64,000 nt of DNA, taken from NCBI GenBank assembly GCA_017499595.2, contig CM039006.1, positions 1,922,001 through 1,986,000 of the forward strand, read 5' to 3'. Of this stretch, positions 42,732 to 54,540 are shown piece by piece. The number at the start of each line of letters is the position of its first letter. Positions within the stretch are counted from its first letter, which is position 1. Both the position numbers and the translations under genes were made by a program. The notes under the pieces were generated by a model that worked only from the letters and a program-made list of their open reading frames with translations, did not search any database and was not told the origin of the DNA. Source of the stretch: Psilocybe cubensis (lineage: Eukaryota).

Positions 42732-43452
42732 ATTAATATTCAAAGAATCTGTTTGAGTAAGATCTAAGTTTCGGTCACCTATCTTTGTAGTCGATTTGAC
42801 GACCAAGATACAGACTTGGATGCTCTTAATCTTAGTCTGCGCAAGCTATCCGGAAATATGGCAGCATTGTGCGTCTTGTGGGATGTATTTGAAAGAGATC
42901 TATATTCTACTAGATTCTAGCTATCACGAATTGTTTTGATGTACACTTCAAACTGCTGCATAGGTTCATATTTGAAGCAACCCCGAAGTCAACCAATCTA
43001 AGAAAATATTATTGGTATATGCTGAAACAGCCATGGAATAAGGCCTAAATCCGTATCGGAGATATTTGTCCCCAAAATCGATGATTTCTGTAAATGTCTA
43101 GTCTGAGGAACACGCTTACAGTGGTGGGCGCTACAGAATTACCCTTTCGGGCGTCGTGTGTTAGCGTGCTTCGAAGCCATCATCTTCTGACCCGATCATT
43201 GCTGAGGGTTCTCCCGCCAACCTATGCCTTTAGTGACTTGTGTTTGTCTGCTTATCACTCGCAGACAAATTCCTTGTACTACATTTTTTCAGGGGAAAGT
43301 CTAAGACACCCCTACTCTAGGACCTTTATATTTAAAACGAGAAATGGGATTCATCACCTCCAGATATCATCATCCCACCCGTCCACGCACACTCTCAAGG
43401 AAAATTCTCTGCACGCTTGAACGCGCATTGCCCACTCATTTTACACCTTGCC

Positions 43453-44200
43453 ATGGTTTTGCCTGAACAAGCTCGAAGCACTGTCTTCGTCCCCAAGCCA
43501 CGCATCCCCAATCCAGAAAATTATCGGGAGTACTTCTTCAGGGACATCGACAGTGACGACGAAGGAGGGTGTGCATCGGCCGAGTTCTTCTCCAGCAGGG
43601 TCAGATGGAACAAGCCCAAGGGCGGGGCATTGGAATTCCCACCCATTAAGACGAAACCCAACGAGCAGTCTAATTGGGACGAAAGCGAGTGGAAGCGCAC
43701 CTCCCGAGGCCCAAAGGTATTTTTCACGATGTACAAAGATATCAGGTCAGACATTAACGAACATTGTTCAGAACGAATTTTATAACAAGAAGAAATGTCA
43801 GAAGCTCTTCTTGGTGAGTCAAGTCAGTGCCTATAGTATTTTGGAATTGCTAATCATATTTGTTTTCAATACTGACAGTTAAATGACGACGATATGGCAG
43901 ACCTTTGCTACACGAAGGAGCCTATCCCGGGGAGGCCGATAACTCACTGCGAGCATAGCTATCTCACAGAGGAAGTCGAAAGAAGGGCATGGGAAAAATA
44001 TGGAGGACCTCAGGGGTTTGCAGCAGCCAAGAAGCTGTAAGTATCTTCAATATTAAAACTTACCGTTTGATTCTAATGTGAATTTTCGATATTGTAGAGC
44101 TGCTGAGAAGCAGAAGGCAAAGCGCATAAATGGCGGGACACCCAGTCCGAAGAAACATGCGGGTACTGCCCATGCCCATGCCAATTCAATTAATTCCTAA
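43453..44200 (+). CDS. XPA-C-like paralog X3 (apparently intact, 4 exons)
   Basis: SNWDESEW...KKCQKLFL|LNDDDMADLCY...YLTEEVERRAWEKYGGPQGF; resemblance to the XPA C-terminal DNA-binding subdomain is inference. Confidence 0.7.
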
Positions 44201-44503
44201 AGACATGCTCATAGTGAGATAATTATCTGAACATCTGCAATGCGTTTAGGAACTTTGCAGTATTCAAGTTACGATGATTGCGCAACGAAAATTGCTTTGA
44301 TATTTATTTCTTAAGTGCGTACCCGAGGCATAAAGCCATTGATAACTTCACAAAAATGAGAACAATAAAGGTATAAATAATACAAGCCATCTCGGTCTGA
44401 TAACTACTATACACGGAACACTTGATGCAGCCATATGGACATTCGAACCTTAAAACTAACCTTCATTACCCCTCCTTCAACACCGCAACTTAGTCTTGTT
44501 ATT

Positions 44504-46107
44504 TCAAGGCTTGATGGCGATCTTGAGTGCCCCACGACTGTTCATCTTGTCCAGAGCAGCTTGGTAGTCATCAAGCTTAAACACGTCCGTCACCATCCCC
44601 TTCAAATTAATCTTTCCTCCGTCAAGATAGGCCACGGCCCGGGGGAAGCAGAAGGTCTGGGAGAAGGATCCGATAATCTAGGAATATTGGGGTTGGATTA
44701 GGGTGAAATCCAAGCAAGGATTCAAAGGAAACTTACTCTGATTTCATCTCCAAAGATCTGCGATAGTATATCATAATGAGTAACTCAAAGTTCAAACGAA
44801 AAGTAAATGTTAATATGGAAACTGACCTTGGCAGGAGGCCAGTGAACGAGGGCTTTGTCCTCATAGACGCCATAAATCATCAAAGTTCCACCTCGACGAA
44901 CATAATTGATGCTCTCGTTTGCAAGCTTCTCTACTCCAGTGGCTTCAACAACCACATCAAATCCATACGGATTGTCGGCTTTTAACTTTTGCCACTGGGC
45001 TTCAGGGGCCTGCCTGTCCAGTTCGATGTACTCGTCTGCTGCGTTGAGTTTCTTTGCGATGTCCATTTTAATCCCTTTGTTGGCTGCGATAACAACGCGA
45101 GAAGCACCGTTTTGCTTAAGTAGTTGAGCCAGAATGAGGCCCGTCGGTCCAGCACCCATCAGAAGGACCTCGATGCCCACTCCAGGGTTGAGCTTATCAA
45201 GACCATGAATGGCACACGCCGCTGGTTCTAGTAAAGTGGACTCCTCGTCCGTGAGGTTGTGGATCTTATAGAGTTTCTTCTGCTGGCTATTCATTGGAAA
45301 TTCGGCGTTGGTTGATGAGGGAAGCCATAGTCAGGTGCCCTAATGGACTCACTATTTGATGTACTCCGCGAATCCTCCATCTTGCGTTACACCACAGGCG
45401 TGAAAGTCTTCGCACAGAAGTGATTGACCTCGACGGCAATAGAAGCAGTTTTCGCACTTTCCAATCCAAGGAATCAATTAATCGGGCGATCAGAAATGAA
45501 TGTCAAGAGAAATATATTGAGTGGCTGTGCGAGTAAGGATCAATGAGAAGAACTCACGGTGATGCCGACATCCGCAACGCAGCGGTCGCCAATGGAGAAT
45601 CCTTTCACGTTCTTTCCCATTTCAACAATGGTCCCAATCGCCTCGTGTCCGGGTATCAACTATCGTCAAATTATCAGCTACCAAGGCGTCATGACGTCAT
45701 GACGAGGTGCATACAGGGAACTGGGAAATGAATTCTCCCTAAGCGTGATGCAAAATGAGCGACTCCCAAGCTATCAATGAAAGGCGGGTAGAATACACAC
45801 CTCATCTATATGTCCGTCGGTTCCACAAACTCCTAAAAAGGTAGATCAAAGTCAGTGCTGTAGGACAAGCCTGTCCTGTTTGCTACATACCGCATAGGCT
45901 GACTGAAAAAAAGCTTAAGTTTGAATGGTGCCAGATTACAGTAGAGATGCTCGCCTTTTAGCAGTACCTCGTCGTCATTAATTTGGGGTATAGGAACTTG
46001 CTTTATGACGAAATCTTTGGGCTATTTAGAATCAGTACGTGACGTTGGCGAAAGTACAGGAGTATGCATACTGCATTGTACCATAACGCTTTCATCATTC
46101 CTTTCAT
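44504..46107 (-). CDS. Zn-dependent medium-chain polyol dehydrogenase (D-arabinitol/mannitol dehydrogenase-like), multi-exon
   Basis: [30 protein letters not shown] structural Zn site, GAGPTG Rossmann motif, ends ALKIAIKP*. Confidence 0.88.
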
Positions 46108-47460
46108 GTTGACGACGTGAGGGTGGTTGAGGTATAGGAGAATATGTTTTGCAGATGTTGTGGGACGAAGAAAGAGTGAGCAAATATTAGGATCGCGCCT
46201 AGGATTTTATACCACAGCATCCCGTTGGGTAGGAGATCTTCACGTGCTCTTATGACGATGCTAGAAGATGTATTTCAAGAGCGAGTAGACGGGGATGTTC
46301 TCTCAGCTTTGCTATACGTATCAAGCACGCTGACCCCATTCGCTTGAACGTATACGCTGGGCGAGATACAATGTCCATTATAGAACAGGTACCATGACCA
46401 GCATGGTTTCTTTTGGCCTGGGGAGTCAAAGTTATGGGCCTCATGAACGCATTTGGCAATAAAATAGGTACAGATCTCAACGGTCGAGTCGGAGGATACG
46501 TTGATTATCAGCTCCACTTCAGCCCCACTTCCATGTTTTCGCTGATTCGAAGAACCGCACTTGTTTCCCATGGACTCGAAGGCTACTTCTTGGGAAGCGA
46601 AATACGTGGCTGCCAGAGATTATATACATTGTATTTCCTTAGACTTTGAGTTCATAAGTGAGTCTCATACAACACTTGATAGTCAGTGTCCGACCGCTGG
46701 TTTTCACAGACGTGTTTGCACAGACAGGAAGGATAATGGGCATTTCCGCATGTGGGAGGCTTGGCTTGTGAAGGCCGCTATGACGTAGTATGTTAGCCAG
46801 CGCAGATCTTGCCGAACTCCCTATTAGGAAAGAAGTTCCCGAACATCGCCGTCGTATGTTTATCGACGGCTTAGAGTTGGCTTATAGCATCATGCAAAAA
46901 AAGATTTACTGAGCACATGGTGTAGCTCAGGTGCTTGGATCAAGATAAGTAAGTTGATGCACATGGAATGGAACAGTTGTTGCCCGATAGTAGTTGTGAT
47001 ATTGAAGAGTCCATTGTAGGAGAGCGCTCTTTAATATACAGTCAGTCGTATTTGTGTACTGTTGTCTATTTCAAACCCCGGAGTAATCCCTGTTTACTCC
47101 CAGCTTAGGACACGTTAAACGATGATTGAACAGTCCTGAGGTGTAAAAAGTCATATTATGGAAGATAGGCTGCCGTTATAACCTTGACAAATTGGTGCAG
47201 ATTTTCGTTCGCACGTAGGTTTTGGACAATCAAGCGGCGCAGTCAAATTACATTACTCTGCCAAATTAATACAGAAGAGAACAACGAACCGACATGCGTG
47301 ACAATTGCCTTTCTCGCTCATGCTCTCGAAATTAAGACTGTGAACTTGTAAAAAGAGAAGGAGAGAAAGGTAAGAATTGCCGTAGGTGTACATTTCGAGA
47401 TGTTGGTGCTAAGTACTAGGTACTGACTACTAGTAGGTAGTGGTATGGTTCAAGTGTGGT

Positions 47461-48336
47461 TAGTGCTGCCGCCACAGTGCAGTGCAGTGACAGTGCAGCG
47501 TATTTTTAGCAGTGTGACACGCTTCACAGTTATCACAGTGTGCTGTGAAGTGCTGTGAAGTGTCCAATGACGTCACACATAATCACGCAGTTCCTCGCCC
47601 ACATACCTAGCGCTTGTTACAGAAGATGGATATGTCCGATACTATTGTCTGATATTTTGTTACCTACAATTCAGAATTTATTTCTGAACATCATATACCC
47701 TTGTTAGACGGTGAACGACCCATAAATGTAGGAGAAAAACTGTTATCATGCAATGGATCCGACAAGATCATGAGATTCTGGTAGAAAGGGTGATAAGATT
47801 AGATACACTCTGCAGATAAGATCAGATACGAAAACCAGTGTTTGCACTTATAAATAAAACCACGTTTCGTAACACCTAAGCAACACTCTCAGGTCTCATT
47901 GTGAAAGTGTAGACACATCGCTACATGTTTTTATTCAGTTTAAGTATAATATTGCATTCTCGCCACCCAGATTGAGATGTTTCTTTCCAATTGCAGGAAG
48001 TTTTATCGAAATTGCACATTGTTGAGGGAAAAAAATCTATTTAAGCTTGTATCAAGCTTGTGTAGGTCACTTAAAAAGTAATCTAGAAGAGAATGTTTGT
48101 TTCCAATTGTAATATTCCTTCATTCTAAGGTCATACAAAGGCATAATGTTGAACAGAAAGGGCGGGAATTGCATAAATGTCCTCGCAACCATGGCTTGAC
48201 GAAATAACATAAATTTACGGCACACTGTGCACAGTCTTCACAGTGACTGTGGTACGCTGTGCAGTGTGTCGGAGTGTGAAAAATCACAGTGCAGTCACAG
48301 TCACTGCACAGTGGCTGCGCTGTGGCGGCAGCACTA
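47461..48336. mobile_element. Non-autonomous hAT-like element (MITE), 876 bp
   Basis: 17-bp perfect TIR TAGTGCTGCCGCCACAG; 8-bp TSD AGTGTGGT at 47453-47460 and 48337-48344; subterminal CACAG/CAGTG repeats; AT-rich non-coding interior. Confidence 0.88.
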
Positions 48337-49247
48337 AGTGTGGTTAGAACACTTCATCGGTACAGCTTGGCAAACAGAGACAAGCAAATGTGTTTATGTC
48401 GGCAATCACGGACATATCGGCAATCACCGATATCTTTGGACTTGATCTCTAAACTGGAATGCGAGACCACTGATTAGTGATCAAGCTTCAATAAAATAAA
48501 CTGAGGGAAGGGGAAGATTTAGATCATAGGGAAAGTGATTTGTGTCTGTATACGTTTTCCAGCTTTTTCCTAAGTCTACAGATAACTTTGCAATGGAAGA
48601 AAATTGTGAGGGTCAAGGACATGGGCCAAGAAACCTCGTGGGTGCCCTTGCGCATACTAGCGTTGAATGGCACAGAGCTTGAAGGGCGCATTATGTATTT
48701 TTTGGTTCCATTTATAATTATTGCAGGAGCTAAACAAGCTCTCCGTCAAATGCTTTGCTATCAAATCTCACTGAGAGTTCACTGCTCCAAAGTCGTCCGA
48801 GCTAGACTGGCTAGACTGGACATTGATTCTGATAAATTGGTCTGGGTTCGTAGTGTTATCTCTAGCTGCTCTAAACAAAGATAGAACAGTTTAGATTACA
48901 TCTTTTGGCTACTGTATTTATCCCTAAAAATTCTAAAACCCAGACGACAGTGATTAGTCTTCGACTAAGCATACACCTCACCAGTTCTCCACACGAATTC
49001 GCATTGATGCAGTCTATATAGCAATACCCAAGCAGCTTAAATTCTTCTTTGTGATTTCTAGAGGCATCAAAGATGCATTTATCCGAACATCTATATCTGC
49101 TACATGATCTAATACGCTGCCACAGCACAAGACATTTTTCCTTTATATAGAAAGGGATTTGGACTTTCCAGGTTATATAAGGCCAATATAAACCGAATAT
49201 ACTGACACCAAAATCATCCTCTGGATTCTTGACCAAGCCTCGAGGAA

Positions 49248-50710
49248 ATGGCAGAGCCAACATGTCTCGTTCCAGGAAACTATGTGATATTTGTGGCGGA
49301 CCCCACAGACTCAACAACAGTCACCGTTGGGAGATCCAACTATGCAGTAACATGTCCGTTGTCCGGTGGAGGTGCTTTTAGCATCACAACACTTAGGCAG
49401 TCTGCCGACGCAAGTCCGACCCAAATTGTACGTGTTGTCTTGACTACTTTAAAACTCGGGAAAGACTCAAGCCAGCGTTTTAGTTCCTGGTGACTGGAGA
49501 CGGAATGATGCTTTCAAAGACCTCATCCAATGGCTCACTCGCTCAAACCCCGACATTCTATGCAAGTTTCTCTCTCAACTCACCAAACATCGTCACTAAA
49601 AGGGCTCCTGCGGCGGCGGGACCGGATACCAAGTTTGTGATTCAGGTCAATATGTATACAGCTTAACGTTTCTGGATTCCAGGAAGTGTAGAGCTGACCG
49701 CATGGTTTTACAGGTCCGGCCCTTCAACCCACGGTGACGATATCTGCTATCTCGCAACTGTTATGACAGGGGATCTCACTGACCAATTCTGGACGGTCGA
49801 TCGTTCGGTACTGTACTTCGGTTATTCTTCTTCATTTTGACTCAACGAGCACATACCATCACTCTTCGATGATAGGTGAATAACGAATACGTACGTCGTA
49901 CCGTAGCGAGGACAAAAAAATCCGGAACTAAAAGAGCTTCGACAGGTAAAGGCAGCTTCGAGGTTTCACTCCAGTTCTTGGGTTTTTGTTCCCTTACGTC
50001 CATATCCTGGTCTTCCGAGCTTCGGCAAGGTGTTCCCCAGTATTTCAAGCCTTATTGCGGGAAACTATGTCATCTTTGCTGAGAGTCCCTCCGACACAAA
50101 CCAAGATACGAATGGACGATCCAACTATGCTGTGACATGCCCACTGTCCAATGGAGCGGCCATCACCATCAACAGGCTTCTAGCAGCTTCCAGCGCAAGG
50201 CCCACACAGGTCGTAAGTCGGTTTAGTTGAGGTCGTGTCAAATTTGGTAATGCTTCATTTTGCATAGTGGCTTATCACTGGAGACGGCATGATGCTGTCG
50301 AGGACGTCCTCCACCGGCTCCATGGCTCAAACTCCAACTTTCTACGCCAGCTACACGGGTAATTCACCCAACATAGTGACAACGCTTGCTCCCGCTGTAC
50401 CTGCACCACACACCAAATTCGTGATCCAAATTGCACAGTGCGTGAAAACTCAGTCAAAGGAAAGGTTTCGTTGTGGCATCGCTGACAGACGACGACAAAA
50501 TATCTACTTAAAATAGGACTGCAGAGTCTGATCACGGTGACGATTTGAGCTACCTTGGGACTGTCATGACAGCCGATCTCACTGACCAATTTTGGACCGT
50601 CGATGACTTGGTATTTTCTCCAACTTATTGTGCTGTGTATGAATATAAATAGCTGATAATATGTCATGAATTGCAGAGAAACAACGACGAGGTATGAGGA
50701 CATGCATTAA
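49248..50710 (+). CDS. Two tandem homologous small domains (two genes or one two-domain gene), beta-trefoil/ricin-B-like
   Basis: GNYVIF...GRSNYAVTCPLS...PTQ(I/V)...TGDGMMLS...TKFVIQ...HGDD...DLTDQFWTVD occurs twice with matching intron positions; the fold call rests only on QxW-like motifs. Confidence 0.6.
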
Positions 50711-50923
50711 CCCTTGTGTATCGGGGTTAAAGAAGAACCTTACATCTCAGGTTAAGGCAGACACTTTCCACGGCGCCAAGAATTGGGTCTTTGTACCCAT
50801 ATAACGAAAGTAACGTTCGGGCGGTAGTAACTCTGCTATATCTTGCGAAACAAATACAATTTTTCCGTTACGCGTTTACAAAGATTCTCACAGAGAAGTA
50901 AAATAGCACCCACAAAGTCATTG

Positions 50924-50995
50924 TCTCTGCTAGTATATCGGTTAGTACACGCGCCTGTCACGCGCGAAAGCTGGGTTCGACTCCCAGGCGGAGAG
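50924..50995 (+). tRNA. tRNA-Asp(GTC)
   Basis: Cloverleaf with TCTCTGC/GCGGAGA acceptor, CGCGC-CTGTCAC-GCGCG anticodon arm, GGTTCGACT T-loop, T-run downstream. Confidence 0.95.
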
Positions 50996-51813
50996 ATTGT
51001 TTTTGCACATTATTCCGGGCTAAAGAACAACGATAGATGATAGAACATCTCTGTAATTTTTACGGAATTTCGCCACGAAAAATATCAAAAGGAGCCAATC
51101 CAAGTAGTAAAGCAAGCAGGCGAATTTTCTATATTTTATTGTTTGCATCAGCGTGCTGTTCTGATCGCATCGACATCTCGGATCCATGAGAAAGGAATGT
51201 AGATTCCGAAAGCCTTGACAAAAGAACGCAAGTCAAGGTGGATCCGTTATTTATACGAATCTTTAATTTAATAACAAGTATACCAAATTATTTGTTGTCA
51301 TCTTCTTCGCTCACCAACGATGCCGGATGATACATATAAGCCTGTACATGTACAGCCATAGCGAAGAGACAAGCCGTCGAAAGCAGAGTTTACTTTGGTT
51401 CTGCATACCCCTCGGTGTTGATCGCTATCTAGACTCTTAGTCATGTATGTCAGGACTGTCCTATTTTACTGGGATGATGTCGTCTCTGGTGGATGTATAG
51501 AAAATGGTCGCACAATTAATAGATATACCTATTTTCTTCGATTCGAGCCATGGTCCATAGGCTGTACATGTCTAAAGGCTGGACCCTGTCAATTTATAGA
51601 CTTTTCTTACCATTTTCGGAAACCAAAATTTCCTAGGCCGATCGGCAAATTATGACATTGCAGGCCGGCAGACTGTTCTCGTCTAGTTCTCGTCCTCTGT
51701 CCTTTAACGTTACCGCCATGGCCCTACTAAACACTTGATTCCTTCCTTCTTTTCGCGTATCTGACACAAGGTTTAGAAATCATACAATCATCTATTGAGG
51801 ACGCGGCGAACGA

Positions 51814-53285
51814 ATGGGGAGTACAGTGGCAACAGGCGGAGAGGTAGCCTCTACTATCCGAACTGTCGACCATGTTGGACCCGCACTACCAGACGACGAT
51901 GGCATTATGACCGCCAAGAAAGCTGCGAAGGATATAATGTTCGGAAGCGTGAGTCTACTTTTCTTCCATTTGGCTCCTACAACTCATAGGTGGTGGACTC
52001 GGAGTGTAGATCGCAGGAATGGTCGCAGAAGTATTTGAATACCCATTCGATCTGGCAAAGGTCCGCCTGCAAGCGCAGGTTTTAACCCCATCTTCCTCGA
52101 ATGTCGCGAGATTTGAAGGGCCCATGCATTGTCTAATGCAGACGTGGAAGGAAGAGGGTGTGCGGGGCCTGTATCGAGTGCGTGGCGTTGGAGCATTTGC
52201 TGTTATTTCTAGCTCATGATGTTGTCGATTCGAATTTTGCCAGGGATTACCAGCCCCGATAGTTGGATCGATGGCGGAGACGGCGTCTCTATTTCTTGCC
52301 TATACAGCATTCCAAAATGCCATCCGATCATATTATTCCACAACCTCGCCATCAACACCACTTTCAATACCACAACTTTCTCTAGCAGCTGGCGGAGCGG
52401 GATTCCTCACAAGTTTTGTCCTGTATGTTTTGATTTCATGAGAAATGCTGCAGATTCTAATATTCAGGTATAAGGACACCTATAGAACTTATAAAATGCA
52501 AAATGCAGGTTCAAATGCTGAACTTCCATCCTCCACCCGCCGCTCCTGGTCGAATACCCAGACGACCCGATCCAACATTCGCCACCGCTCTCTCACTATC
52601 TAACGCATCCCACAATTCTCACTCAGCGTCCACATCTGCAACATGTCCCCAAGCGACAACTACCGGCAGAAAGCCAATGCACGATCTCGCGTGCAAATCC
52701 ACATCACTGACAACTCAAACACTGCGGCCACCAGGGCCCATCGCACTCATCCGGTCCATCGTAGACAAGTATGGCGTCCGTGGACTCTGGCTAGGCCACA
52801 CCGGGACACTCTTCCGCGAAACAGGCGGCACCGCATCCTGGTTCGTCGCCAAAGAGTACTTTGCGCGCAAACTCGTCGACTACCGCATCCGCCAATCCCC
52901 CTACGTCACCGTCGCCGTCGCCACCACCACCCCGGGCGGGAACGCGGGCACCGTGCGTGTGCCGCGTACACACGCCAATACAGAGCTGTTGGCCTGGGAG
53001 TCGGCGCTGTCAGGCGCACTCGCGGGTGCGGTGGGCGCGCTTTTGTTTTACCCCGCCGACACGGTGAAGAGTTATATTCAAACTGAGGAAGAGATGCGTC
53101 CTAAGGGCGCAACCCCGAGTACCCCACGGACACAGAGTACATTTTTAGGGACATTTAGGAAGATGTGGGTGAGGCATGGGCTTAAAGGACTCTATGCCGG
53201 TTGTGGGATGACGGTTGCGCGAGCGGTCCCCAGTAGTGGTATTATTTTTGTGGTGTATGACGGATTGACGGCCTATTTTGCTTAA
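51814..53285 (+). CDS. Mitochondrial carrier (SLC25), ornithine/amino-acid carrier-like
   Basis: Three PX(D/E)XX(K/R) motifs: YPFDLAKVRLQ, TPIELIKCKMQ, YPADTVKS; GLYRG, GLWLG and GLYAG. Confidence 0.9.
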
Positions 53286-53541
53286 GGCATATGTACATTC
53301 AAACATTTTCTAGACATGCAGCTAGAAGTATATAGTTTACACCACCTACTTTCCCCATAATCATTAATAATTGTAACCAGTATACAGTCTCCTTCCTCCG
53401 CTCTTTAGATACTGCCGTTCAGAAATGCTCAAAGCATAGGAAGAACTAAATCTTAAAAATTTGGAAAATAGGTCAGACAGTACGACAGCCAAATATTTTT
53501 CTTTGCAGATGAAGGTCAGCAAAATAGAAAAATTAAAGCGT

Positions 53542-53613
53542 CTCTCCGCCTGGGAGTCGAACCCAGCTTTCGCGCGTGACAGGCGCGTGTACTAACCGAT
53601 ATACTAGCAGAGA
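53542..53613 (-). tRNA. tRNA-Asp(GTC), identical to 50924-50995
   Basis: Exact reverse complement of the first copy; A-run at 53527-53532 gives a minus-strand terminator. Confidence 0.95.
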
Positions 53614-54540
53614 CGATGTGTTCGATTATTCCTATGACTTCACAAGGATACACGCTCTTAGCCTTTCAGTTTTCATTTGAGGTCTGACTAGGAACGTACT
53701 AGGAACGTCCAGCATAGTAAGTAGAGCATTACGACTGTCATTCAGGCGGAAAAGAATGCGCGCCGCAGACGCGCCCAGCCGCGGGCCCAGAATCTTCAAC
53801 GATAAAAACATATGCCCACTTATCTACGGAGAAAATAAGAGAAAAAAATCAAGTTGGTTTTATAAGTTATGATATAAGATAGACAATGACTTCCATCTGA
53901 CCTTTGCGAAGTTTGCATCCCGAAGCTTACACGAAGACTTCGAAGGGCGGCAATTGGGCGGCAATCTCCTCCAACTCAAAATTCAAAATCAGGGGCTACC
54001 CCGAGCTCTACCCTTTTTTACTGAGCTTTTACACTTCAGATAGATTTTAAACTTCTCACCACGTTTTCACCTCCACCAAATCACTATTTCCCGAAGCATG
54101 CCCGACGCGTCTTTATAATCGCGTTCCATTCTAGTGACAGTCACGTGACCACAAAGATTCGTACCACCGGGCCAGCGAATTATTCGTGCACCTCACTCAC
54201 CAACTCCTCAAACAAGTTCCACCAACTTTTCACACTTGTCAAATCTTCTTGTCCGATGGTATCCATCTTTAACAAATTTCTAGCCCCACGAAACAGACTT
54301 ATCGGGGAATGTGCATGACCTCATGACCACAGGGGCCCGCAGCATATGCAGGGTACTTATGCTAACTGCGCCGTGGGCAAGACCAACCACCAGCACATGC
54401 TCAATCACGTCGTTCAACTCATAAATGGGATATTCACACGCGACAGTTTCTTTCCTATATAAAATGGGTCTTCTTGACCGTTATCCATCGTTAGAACGAG
54501 CCAGCGTGTATCCTTCAAATCACCACCTACTACATTCGCA

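Noticed and set aside
50843-51040. 65-aa ORF
   Set aside because: Overlaps the tRNA-Asp gene and has no coding signal.
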